NCBI GenBank assembly: GCA_963718965.1
Contig: CAVRBJ010000027.1
Location: 1,470-65,469, forward strand
DNA from: an uncultured delta proteobacterium
Lineage (GTDB): Bacteria; Desulfobacterota; WTBG01; CAIYCZ01; CAIRTM01
Direction: 5' to 3'
DNA: 64,000 bases
Under the pieces are notes generated by a model. That model was not told the DNA's origin, did no database searches, and was given only the letters and a program-made list of their open reading frames with translations. Shown here in pieces: positions 21,192-30,329 of this stretch (its first letter is position 1; each line of letters opens with the position of its first letter). The translations under genes and the position numbers were made by a program.

Positions 21192-21439
21192 TATTTGCCC
21201 TGGTATTTTGTTTTTTAACTCAAGCGAGGTTTATTAAAGCCTTAGAAGGGAGGTGTTTTACCAATAGTATGACCTGCCATTATCCGTAGTGGTGTTTTTA
21301 GTATAAACGGGTTGGTCGGTTAGCTTAATGACTGGCTTATTAGTCAATCATTAAAGATGTAGGATAAAGTTACTCGTGAGTAAGTTGAAGTTGTCTCCAT
21401 CATTCTGCTAATTTTTCCAAAAAATTTTCGGGAGGAGTT

Positions 21440-22414
21440 ATGAAAAAAACAATATTTTCAATCGTCTTGGGAATGCTTTTAGTCATTACCGCGCTGAGCG
21501 TAAACGCGCATGCCCTTAAATACGTGACTGGGACAAACACTCCTTTTTTTGAAGACGCGGAAAAAACACAGGTCTTTATTTCTACTGCGACAAAAACGCC
21601 AAAAGGAACAGTCGTCATACTGCATGGCATGATACTGGTTAATTTTGAGATATATGCGAATCTCATTATAGATCTGACCAACAGGGGCTATGACGTCATT
21701 TTCCCGCAGTACCAGGAAGCGGGTTTTGCCATCATCTCCAGCATGGGAGTTCTGGCCCTCCTGGGCGGCGACAGCCCCAGCCACATTGAATGGACCCAAA
21801 ATGCCATCGCGGGTATCAACTGGGGGCTGTCAGCAATCATACCCTACTGGTATAACTGGTACACACCTGTAGTCAGAAAACCGAGTACGAACCTGTATAT
21901 ATTCGCCCATTCAGTCGGCGGCGCTATCGGCTATAACATTCCGCTTCTCAGCTCGTCTCTAAAGTCAAAGATAAAGGGAATGGTCCTTGCCAATGCCGTG
22001 CAAGACCCCGCAGCGCTGTCCGCAGGCACCATGCCGCCGGGCATTGAAATGCCTGATATCGAACTCATCGATGTTGCCGCAGCAGGCGCTCAAATCAATG
22101 TACCCCTTCTGTATCTCACGGGAAATCAGGATGCATGGGCTGACGATTATCAGGCTTCCCTTTTTATGGACAATGCCTATACTGCCAATAAGAAAAAGCT
22201 GGAAGCCCTCAGCCCCGATGCTGACCACATGGCGCCGGCTACAAATCAGGGCCCGTTATTTGATATACTGAGCTGGACGGGACTCACCCAGTCGATGCTG
22301 GGCGGCGATGCCGAATGGAACACAATGGATACCCAGTTCTATGTGCCGGCAATCCTCCACCTCATCAACGGAAATTCAGCGGCAAGCTTCAATCCGGCTG
22401 TCAGCTGGCAATAA
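21440..22414 (+). CDS. Secreted alpha/beta hydrolase (lipase/chlorophyllase-like)
   Basis: RBS GGAGG, signal peptide, ILHG, AHSVGG elbow, GNQD, ADH. Confidence 0.8.
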   Translation: MKKTIFSIVLGMLLVITALSVNAHALKYVTGTNTPFFEDAEKTQVFISTATKTPKGTVVILHGMILVNFEIYANLIIDLTNRGYDVIFPQYQEAGFAIISSMGVLALLGGDSPSHIEWTQNAIAGINWGLSAIIPYWYNWYTPVVRKPSTNLYIFAHSVGGAIGYNIPLLSSSLKSKIKGMVLANAVQDPAALSAGTMPPGIEMPDIELIDVAAAGAQINVPLLYLTGNQDAWADDYQASLFMDNAYTANKKKLEALSPDADHMAPATNQGPLFDILSWTGLTQSMLGGDAEWNTMDTQFYVPAILHLINGNSAASFNPAVSWQ

Positions 22415-22438
22415 ATCGATGTTGGCTTGAATACCGGG

Positions 22439-22467
22439 AGGAGATCTTCCTTTGCGGAAGATCTCCT
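22439..22467 (+). terminator. Terminator hairpin
   Basis: aggagatcttcc-tttgc-ggaagatctcct after the stop at 22414. Confidence 0.6.
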
Positions 22468-22763
22468 CTATTCTATCAATTGTTAATAAGTTAAAAGAGC
22501 AGGGACTGCTGTCCCTGTCGTAGCGAGCGGCTGGTGGATTTTTCATCAACCGTTTTTTTTGATTTTGGGACATCCAGGGCACAAAAAAAGGGGGGCAAAT
22601 CTTCCTTTGTAATATAGTAATCACGTCTTTGCTAAAGAACCTTGCTGCCCTTCCATTGTGGCTATGGCGATCTGCCATTTTTGTCCCTGCAGAATGATAT
22701 ATTTTACTTCACAGACCACACCTGACTTCCTCCGGGCATGAAACAGCACATCAGGCGAAAGAA

Positions 22764-22816
22764 TGACAATTTGTCAAACAGATTGAAGTTGACAGGCGGT
22801 TTTCATTTGCTATGAT
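22764..22816 (+). promoter_or_regulatory. Promoter for nif3-fbp with an upstream palindrome
   Basis: TGACAA-T-TTGTCA (22764-22776); TTGACA (22789), 16 bp, TATGAT (22811) preceded by TGn. Confidence 0.6.
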
Positions 22817-22843
22817 TTTTTTACTGCTGATATAAACTTATAT

Positions 22844-23614
22844 ATGGCGCGCCCTATGGAACTCAAACGCATCACCGACTACCTTGATGCATATCTCGAT
22901 ATCCGATCGTTTCAGGACGACTCGGCCAATGGCCTGCAGGTTGAAAACAGCGAAAATGTAGAGAAAATAGGCCTGGCTGTCGATGCCTGCCATGAGGCAA
23001 TCTGCAAAGCAGGAGATGCCAAATGCGATCTGCTCATCGTGCATCACGGGCTTTTCTGGGGCCGCCAGCAGCTTATTATTGACAATCACTTCCAGCGCAT
23101 CCGCGCCCTTGTCATGGCTGATATGGCGCTCTACGCCGCGCACCTCCCCCTTGATGCCCACCCGGAAGTCGGCCACAACCGCCTTATCGCCGACAAGCTC
23201 AATCTTGCCGGCATAGAACCCTTCGCCCTGTACCGCGGCAGGCATATCGGCGTCAAGGGGCGGCTGCAGGTGCCCTGTTCATGCGCCGAAGCAGCGGCTT
23301 CGGCTGAAAAGGCCATCGGCGCATGCCGGGGGCTTTTGGAATTCGGGCCTGAAACAATTCACACCGTCGCCATTGTAGCGGGTTCGGCCACCGACCCCGA
23401 GCTTTTCAGGGAATTAAAAATTGCAGGCATTGATCTGTTCATAACCGGCGAGCCCAAACACGGCGCCTATCATCTCGCGCAGGAATTCGGCCTTAATATT
23501 TTCTACGGCGGACACTACCAGACTGAAACCTTCGGCATGAAGGCATTAGGCGAGCAGCTGAACAAGCTGTTTGCTATCCCCGTGGTTTTCATAGATGCGC
23601 CCTGCATCTTTTAA
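22844..23614 (+). CDS. Nif3-like dinuclear metal protein (YbgI family)
   Basis: NGLQVE, VHHGLFW, AHLPLDAHPEVGHN, GGHYQTE. Confidence 0.95.
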   Translation: MARPMELKRITDYLDAYLDIRSFQDDSANGLQVENSENVEKIGLAVDACHEAICKAGDAKCDLLIVHHGLFWGRQQLIIDNHFQRIRALVMADMALYAAHLPLDAHPEVGHNRLIADKLNLAGIEPFALYRGRHIGVKGRLQVPCSCAEAAASAEKAIGACRGLLEFGPETIHTVAIVAGSATDPELFRELKIAGIDLFITGEPKHGAYHLAQEFGLNIFYGGHYQTETFGMKALGEQLNKLFAIPVVFIDAPCIF

Positions 23615-23677
23615 ACCCGCCGGCATGAGCGCGCGGCGCCAAAACGATTTCTCTAACTGACTTTACAGGAGGATGTC

Positions 23678-24673
23678 ATGATTGAGTTTGAACAGACATT
23701 TCGCAACTTTCTGATGGATCATCAGGAAAAACACAACCGCACATACCACTTTCTTATTCTCATGGACGCAATAATGACCGCCGCCAAGCGCATCGAGCTC
23801 TATTACCGCACCGGCGCTCTCAAGGGCAATCTCGGCATGGCCGGCTCGATCAACGTGCAGGGTGAAGACGTCATGAAGATGGACGATATCGCCCATGAAA
23901 TCGTGGCCCACTATCTGGCATCAAGTGAGCGCGTCATTCAGGTGGTAAGCGAGGAGTGCGAGGACATCATCGACATGAACAAGGATGGCGGCCGCTATTT
24001 CGTGTATTTCGATCCCCTCGACGGATCATCCAATGTGGCCCACGGCCTGCCGGTGGGGTTCATGTTCGGCATTGCCAAGCGCAACCTCGACGGCAACCTG
24101 CAGGGCCCTGAAGATTTTCACCTGCGCTCGGGCCGCGAATATATCGCCGCGGGCATGTTCGTGATACCGACGGGCATGTTCACGCTGGCGCTGCGCGATG
24201 CGGGCTGCTGGCGCTTCCACTGCGACGAAACGTCAACCTATGTAAAACCCGTGCGCATGACCCTGCCTGTTGTGCCAAAAAAGTGGGAGCTGTCTTTCAA
24301 TGCCGGCAATACGAGCGTGTTCAGCGAAACGGTGCAGAAATGGATTAATGAAAATATGAACAAGTACAAGTTCCGCTATATCGGCGCCCTGGCAGGTGAT
24401 TTCCACCGCCTGCTCTCAAACGGCGGCCTGTTCATGTATCCGGCCATCGTCAATCATCCTGATCCCAAAGAGAATCGGCCCCAGGGCAAGCTGCGGCTCC
24501 TGTATGAGGCCAATGTCGTTTCTTTTATGTGCAAGGAGGCCGGCGGCGATGCCATTGATGAAACCGGCACGCCCATACTTGATATCAAGCCCTCTAAACA
24601 TCACCAGCGCACAACGCTGTATGTGGGCTCAAAGCCCGTCATCGAGGACCTTGCAAAAGCGTTCAAGGGCTGA
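23678..24673 (+). CDS. fbp: Fructose-1,6-bisphosphatase class I
   Basis: SEE, FDPLDGSSN, RYIGALAGDFHRLL, GKLRLLYEAN. Confidence 0.95.
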   Translation: MIEFEQTFRNFLMDHQEKHNRTYHFLILMDAIMTAAKRIELYYRTGALKGNLGMAGSINVQGEDVMKMDDIAHEIVAHYLASSERVIQVVSEECEDIIDMNKDGGRYFVYFDPLDGSSNVAHGLPVGFMFGIAKRNLDGNLQGPEDFHLRSGREYIAAGMFVIPTGMFTLALRDAGCWRFHCDETSTYVKPVRMTLPVVPKKWELSFNAGNTSVFSETVQKWINENMNKYKFRYIGALAGDFHRLLSNGGLFMYPAIVNHPDPKENRPQGKLRLLYEANVVSFMCKEAGGDAIDETGTPILDIKPSKHHQRTTLYVGSKPVIEDLAKAFKG

Positions 24674-24979
24674 AACTCTGCAAATACATACAAACGCAAA
24701 AAGGCTCACTCTGTGGAAGAAGTGCACCTTTTTGCGTTCTTGTATCTGTATTTAAGAAAACGGGCTCGTGCATTGTGCCTCTACCTCCTGTTTTTTCCTT
24801 CTGGATTATGCGTTTCCCTCCAAACCTGCTCCCCATGCTTAACGATAATATAACTTTTTGATAAAAAACCTTAAAAAATAAAAAGTCTAAACTACACTGC
24901 AAAGGATATCTATCCCACTTTTATATATCCTAAAAATAAAAAAACTAACCATAAACCCATAAAAAAAAGGGGGCCAGCC

Positions 24980-25219
24980 ATGGCTGACAAAAAGAAGCTC
25001 ACCACCAATGCGGGCGCACCTGTTGCCGACAACCAGAACACGATGACCGCAGGCCCACGCGTCCCTGCCCTGCTGCAGGATGTCTGGTTTCTGGAGAAGC
25101 TGGCCCATTTCGACCGCGAGGTAATCCCTGAGCGGCGCATGCATGCCAAGGGATCGGGCGCCTACGGCAAGGGTGTTGCCGACGCTCTGGGCATACCGCT
25201 GAGCGAGGTGCCGAAATAA
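24980..25219 (+). pseudogene. katA: Catalase with a large in-frame internal deletion (79 aa)
   Basis: N-terminus [47 protein letters not shown] is joined directly to the C-terminal KGVADALGI. Confidence 0.9.
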
Positions 25220-25312
25220 ATTGGTTAAGCACATGCTTTTAAAGCTCTCCGACAGGAAAAGAAGGACCTTGTCGTTTTTATGCGGGCACTCTGAGTATGC
25301 GCAATAGTTAAT

Positions 25313-25352
25313 AAAAGGCCTGCATGACAGAGATATGTCATGCAGGCTTTTT
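25313..25352. terminator. Intrinsic terminator
   Basis: aaaaggcctgcatgaca...tgtcatgcaggcttttt. Confidence 0.75.
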
Positions 25353-25679
25353 ATTCCGCTCGCACTGTACAGGCCCCAAAAGGGTCGCCTCTTTTAGTTG
25401 CTGTGCGTTTATATAATCCTTTCCAATGCCACGGCTAGAACCTGCGTTTATCTCAGCCAAGGGCGCAGTTGCCTCTAGCCCGCACCCATAAGACAACAAC
25501 TAATTCGTTGCAATATGGATATATTTGAAATACATATAAGCAAAGCTGCTTTAAAAAACGCCGCCATGAGGCCTGAAAAAATTCATACAAGCAGGAATAT
25601 CTTGTTGCTGAAATGCGCGCAGTGCAGAGTACCGTTCCCCATACCTTCAAAGATATGCGCTGAGTGAAAGGAAATTTCT

Positions 25680-26549
25680 ATGAAGTGGAACAAGGATGCC
25701 GAAAAGATGGCTGAAATGCTGCCGATACCTCCTGTCATGACAGCGTACGCCCGCCTGCACGCTGAAAAGGTTGCGCGCCACAGGGGGCTGGATTGTGTTA
25801 CTGCCGAGGTGGTTCAGGAAACCGAAAAGGTGTATGCCGATTTTATGGGCAAAGAAAAGACCGGGCAGCTCAGGGCTTTCATTGCAGGAACCGGGCCCAT
25901 GCCCGAGATGGAAGACGAGCTTTTTTTCAGTGATGAAAAAGCCCTCTACAATATTGAGACCTGTTTTACCAAGTACGGCGAGAACAGCGATCTTGTCCGC
26001 AGCGCATTGAAAGACATGCTGCGGTCCGTGAAGTCCGTTATGGAGGAAGAAAGGCTTACCGATATTATGGCTGACCTGACAACCGGTGCCCTGCATGGCG
26101 CCAGCCGGTTCAACATTGGCATGACGGGCTGCCCCAACTGCTGCGTCAGCCCGTATATGAAGGATTTCGGCATTATCATGCAGCACAGGGTCGACATAAC
26201 GGACAGCGCGTGCACGCAGTGCGGGGAATGTCTTAAAATGTGCATTGAAAAGGCCATTCAATTGACCGATGACGGGCCGGTTATAGACCGCACAGCATGC
26301 GTGCAGTGCGAGCTGTGCGCGCGGGACTGCCCGACAGGCAGGCTGGCTGTCCGCGAACGGGCATGGCGCGTTATTGCAGGGGGCGGCGGCGGACACCATC
26401 CAACCATTGCTGTTACGATTGAAAATTTTACGACAAAGGACCGGGTGCTTGCACTGCTGAAAAAGGCCATAGCCAGGCTGCGCACTGCCCGACCGGGTGA
26501 ATCGTTAAGAACGATTATTCAGAAGGAAGGCCCGGGCGCTATCCGCTGA
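25680..26549 (+). CDS. Nitrite/sulfite-reductase-type 4Fe-4S protein with an N-terminal PCP_red-like domain
   Basis: MKWNKDAEK..IPP..ARLHAEKVAR..VT (BchB C-terminal-like); TGCPNCC..KDFG; two CxxCxxCxxxC; IAGGGGGHHP. Confidence 0.75.
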   Translation: MKWNKDAEKMAEMLPIPPVMTAYARLHAEKVARHRGLDCVTAEVVQETEKVYADFMGKEKTGQLRAFIAGTGPMPEMEDELFFSDEKALYNIETCFTKYGENSDLVRSALKDMLRSVKSVMEEERLTDIMADLTTGALHGASRFNIGMTGCPNCCVSPYMKDFGIIMQHRVDITDSACTQCGECLKMCIEKAIQLTDDGPVIDRTACVQCELCARDCPTGRLAVRERAWRVIAGGGGGHHPTIAVTIENFTTKDRVLALLKKAIARLRTARPGESLRTIIQKEGPGAIR

Positions 26550-26855
26550 ACAGGGAGGCGAGCCTCACGGCTGCAGGCACCATATGCCGGGTGCTGCCAG
26601 TGCAAGGTGACACGAGTCGCGCATTAAAATTTCTCCGCATCAACATCAGGCCAATGAATTTCCGTGCCGGGGCTGATCAACTGCTGGTTTGTTCGCTGGG
26701 CCGGGGTTGCCTGTGTCCGCCTTGGATAAAACCCGATCGAAACTTTTACCTTCCATCAGCAAGCACCATGCAGAGGAATTTTTTTCGAAATACACCCCTC
26801 ATCTTGAAGACTCCTTTTGTTTGAGTATATGGTTGCTTGCACAGTCGAAGGCTTG

Positions 26856-27197
26856 TTACACGGCTGCCTCATCACGCTCACCAGTGCTGATCCTGACCGC
26901 GGTTTCAATGGTGGACACAAAAATTTTCCCGTCGCCCGTCAAGCCGGTGCGGGCTGTCTTTTCAATACGTGCGACAATGTCGTCAACAAAGGCATCGCTG
27001 CAAACAATTTCAAGCTTCACATGGGGCACATAATCGATCAGATCTTCAACGATTCGATGCCGGGACCCCTTTGCCCTGCTGCGCCCGAAGCCCTGAACTT
27101 TTGTTACACTCAGGCCTGAGAGCCCTTCAAGGTTGCTGAGCGCCATAACGACATTTGAAAGCATATGAGGTTTAATAAAGGCTTTAATTTCTTTCAT
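26856..27197 (-). CDS. P-II family protein (czc-associated)
   Basis: MKEIKAFIKP, GFGR, TGLTGDGKIFV, RISTGE. Confidence 0.92.
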   Translation of the reverse strand: MKEIKAFIKPHMLSNVVMALSNLEGLSGLSVTKVQGFGRSRAKGSRHRIVEDLIDYVPHVKLEIVCSDAFVDDIVARIEKTARTGLTGDGKIFVSTIETAVRISTGERDEAAV

Positions 27198-27242
27198 GCT
27201 CTTCTCCTTTGCAGGCATGCACATCATGTTTGAACGTTTTTT

Positions 27243-30200
27243 TCAATTGTTTCGATTTTCCGCTCTTTGTTCAAGCCAGCCATAGATTGTCGGCAGCACC
27301 AGCAGTGTCAGCAGTGTTGATGTTATCAGCCCGCCCATAACAACAACGGCAAGGGGTTTTTGAATGTCGGCGCCTGAGCCGGTGGCATAGAGCATGGGAA
27401 AATGTCCGATAAAGGAGGTCAGAGCCGTCATAAGCAGCGGCCTGAAACGCAGATTGCAGCCCATGTGAACCGTTTCGTCAACGCTTTTTCCCTCTTCTCT
27501 GAGCTGGCGGAAGAATGCTATCAGCACCACACCGTTTTGTACGGCAATGCCAAGCAGAATGATAAAGGCCACCGATGCCGATACCGACAGAGGCATGCCG
27601 AACATTTTAATCGCGACAATGCCGCCCACAAGGGCAAACGGCAGATTCAGCACGACAAGAAGTGAGTCGCGAAGCGACCCGAGCGCCAGATAAAGCAGCA
27701 GCATAATAATCAAAAGCGCTATGGGTACAACGATTGATAATTGCCGCATGGCACGCTGCTGATTTTCAAACTGCCCTCCATATTCAAGAAAATAGCCTGT
27801 GGGCAATTCTTTTTCAATATCTGAAAGCGACTGCTGCGCCTCGGCGACAAAGCTGCCAAGGTCCCTGCCCCGGATATTTACTTCAGCGGCAACGCGGCGC
27901 ATGCTTTTTTCGCGGGTAATCTGAGCAGGCCCTTCGACCGTTGTTATTTTTGCGATCCGGCCAAGGGGTATCAGCTCTCCGGCGGGACCCCGCACAATCA
28001 GGCGCTCAATAACGGGAATGTCCGACCTGGCTGAGGCCGGAAAACGCACAACCGTGGCAATGCGCATTTGACCGTCAACAACCCGGGTCGCTTCCTTTCC
28101 TGCAATGGCGGTCTCGATCACGTCGTTCACATCAGCGACATTTATGCCGAATCGGGCCATTTCCTGGCGATTAAGCTCTATTTCAATCTGCTCCATGCCC
28201 GATACCTGCTCTACCCTGACGTCATAGGCTCCTTTAATAGCTGAAAGTTTCCCGGCGACTTTGTCTGCATAATCTTTCAGTTTCTCAAGATCGCTGCCGT
28301 ACACTTTTACTGCCAGATCGCTTTTGACGCCGGAAATGAGTTCATTGACGCGCAGGGCAATGGGCTGAGAAAACGAGAGCCGTATGCCGGGTATAGCCGA
28401 AAGCTCTTTTTGCAGGTCTTCTATAAGCCTTGCCTTGTTGCGTCCTGTTGTCCACTCTTTATACGGCTTGAGCGTTATAAAAACATCTGTCTGCTCCGGG
28501 CCCATGGGATCTTCTGAAATTTCAGCTCTCCCGGTTTTACTCACCACAGCGCTGACCTCGGGAAATTCCGCCCGAATCCGTTTTTCCATAAAGGTGGAAA
28601 CATCCTTTGACCCGTCAAGCGAGGCATTGGGCAGGCGCACAACATTGATGGCGATTGCTCCTTCGTCAAGGGTCGGCATAAATTCGGTGCCGATCGTCAG
28701 GGCGAGAAGGCCCGCCGCAATAAGTGAAACCAGGGATATGGCGATTGTTACTTTTATTTTCCTGCGCGCAGTTGCCAGCAGGTTGAGATACCCGTGATGA
28801 AAGCGCCGTACAAAGCCGAACTCTTTCTCTTTAACCTGTTTGAGAAACATTTCAGAAAGCACCGGCACGATCGTCAGGGCGACAATCAGCGAAACAAGCA
28901 GGGCATAGATCATGGTCAGGGCCAGGGGCATGAACATTTTCCCTTCGATCCCCTGCAGGGTAAACAGCGGCACAAGAACAATAATGATGATCATGACTGA
29001 AAAAGCCACAGGACGGGCAACCTCCCAGACAGCCTGCACGGTTATCTGGCGGCGAAGCGCCGGGTCGCGGTGCTCGGCGAAATGGCGCCGGATATTTTCA
29101 ACGATAACGATGGAGGCATCGACAATCATACCCACGGAGAATGCCAGGCCCCCGAGGCTCATGAGGTTTGACGTGAGGCCGGTCCAGCCCATGACAAGAA
29201 AGGTGGCAAGAAAGGTGATTGGCAGCGATACAAGAACAGTCAGCGCGGTTCTGAATTCGGCGACAAACAGAAACAAAACCAGAATGACGAAAATGCCGCC
29301 TTCAAGCAGAGCAGAGAGCACCGTATTGATGCATGCCTGTATGAGAGACGTGCGGTCATAAAACACATTGATGCGTGCTTCTTCCGGCAGGCTGTTCTGT
29401 ATTTTTGGAAGTACGTCTTTTACGCGAGCCACGACGTCTTTTGAGTTTTCATCCCGCAGCATGATGACCATGCCGGCCACAGCCTCACCTTTGCCGTCAC
29501 GGGTGACCGCTCCCTGCCGGGGCTGCGGCCCGACAACAACCTCGGCAATATCCCGCACGTACACCGGCGAGCCGTCACTCACCTTCAGGACGATACTGTT
29601 GATATCGTCAATGCCGGTTAAAAGCCCAAGCCCCCGGATATAGGTCTGTTCCCACCCGCGCACGATGAATCCGCCTGCGGCATTGGCATTGTTTTTTTCA
29701 ACAGCTTCCACCACATCGCGAAGCGTCAGGCCGTATTTCAGGAGCCCGTCAGGCCGCACCAGCACCTGATACTGCTTCACAAATCCGCCGAAGCTGTTGA
29801 CCTCATTAACGCCGGAGATTGATTTCAGTTGCGGAGCGATCAAAAAATCCTGGATTGTCCGCAGCTCCATGGGGGACAGTGTTTCGCTTTCCAGGGTGTA
29901 TTGAAAAATTTCGCCAAGGCCCGTGCTGATAGGCCCAAGCTCGGGCTCGACCGACGGTGGCAGGCTCTCCTTTGCCGCCTGAAGACGCTCAAATATCTGC
30001 TGCCGGGCAAAATAGATATTAACATTGTCTTCAAAAACGATAATGACCTGTGAAAGCCCTGATTTAGACAGCGAGCGCACCTGCAGTACCTTTGGCACGC
30101 CGCCCATCTGCATCTCGATGGGATAGGTAACCTGCTGCTCTATGTCAACGGCGGAAAGGCCCGGCGCTTCGGTCAGCACCATGACCTGCACATTACTCAC

Positions 30201-30320
30201 ATCGGGAAATGCATCTATTGGGAGCCGCAGCCAGGCGATGATGCCGCCCAGAATAGTCACTATGGTGAGCGCCAGCACCAGGAACCGGGAGCGCAGAAGC
30301 AGTTCTATGGTTTTATGCAT
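27243..30320 (-). CDS. czcA: CzcA/CusA heavy-metal RND permease
   Basis: LPIDAFPDVS, GMIVDASIVIVEN, GRAEISEDPMGPE, RFRPLLMTA. Confidence 0.95.
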   Translation of the reverse strand: MHKTIELLLRSRFLVLALTIVTILGGIIAWLRLPIDAFPDVSNVQVMVLTEAPGLSAVDIEQQVTYPIEMQMGGVPKVLQVRSLSKSGLSQVIIVFEDNVNIYFARQQIFERLQAAKESLPPSVEPELGPISTGLGEIFQYTLESETLSPMELRTIQDFLIAPQLKSISGVNEVNSFGGFVKQYQVLVRPDGLLKYGLTLRDVVEAVEKNNANAAGGFIVRGWEQTYIRGLGLLTGIDDINSIVLKVSDGSPVYVRDIAEVVVGPQPRQGAVTRDGKGEAVAGMVIMLRDENSKDVVARVKDVLPKIQNSLPEEARINVFYDRTSLIQACINTVLSALLEGGIFVILVLFLFVAEFRTALTVLVSLPITFLATFLVMGWTGLTSNLMSLGGLAFSVGMIVDASIVIVENIRRHFAEHRDPALRRQITVQAVWEVARPVAFSVMIIIIVLVPLFTLQGIEGKMFMPLALTMIYALLVSLIVALTIVPVLSEMFLKQVKEKEFGFVRRFHHGYLNLLATARRKIKVTIAISLVSLIAAGLLALTIGTEFMPTLDEGAIAINVVRLPNASLDGSKDVSTFMEKRIRAEFPEVSAVVSKTGRAEISEDPMGPEQTDVFITLKPYKEWTTGRNKARLIEDLQKELSAIPGIRLSFSQPIALRVNELISGVKSDLAVKVYGSDLEKLKDYADKVAGKLSAIKGAYDVRVEQVSGMEQIEIELNRQEMARFGINVADVNDVIETAIAGKEATRVVDGQMRIATVVRFPASARSDIPVIERLIVRGPAGELIPLGRIAKITTVEGPAQITREKSMRRVAAEVNIRGRDLGSFVAEAQQSLSDIEKELPTGYFLEYGGQFENQQRAMRQLSIVVPIALLIIMLLLYLALGSLRDSLLVVLNLPFALVGGIVAIKMFGMPLSVSASVAFIILLGIAVQNGVVLIAFFRQLREEGKSVDETVHMGCNLRFRPLLMTALTSFIGHFPMLYATGSGADIQKPLAVVVMGGLITSTLLTLLVLPTIYGWLEQRAENRNN

Positions 30321-30329
30321 GGCAGCCTC

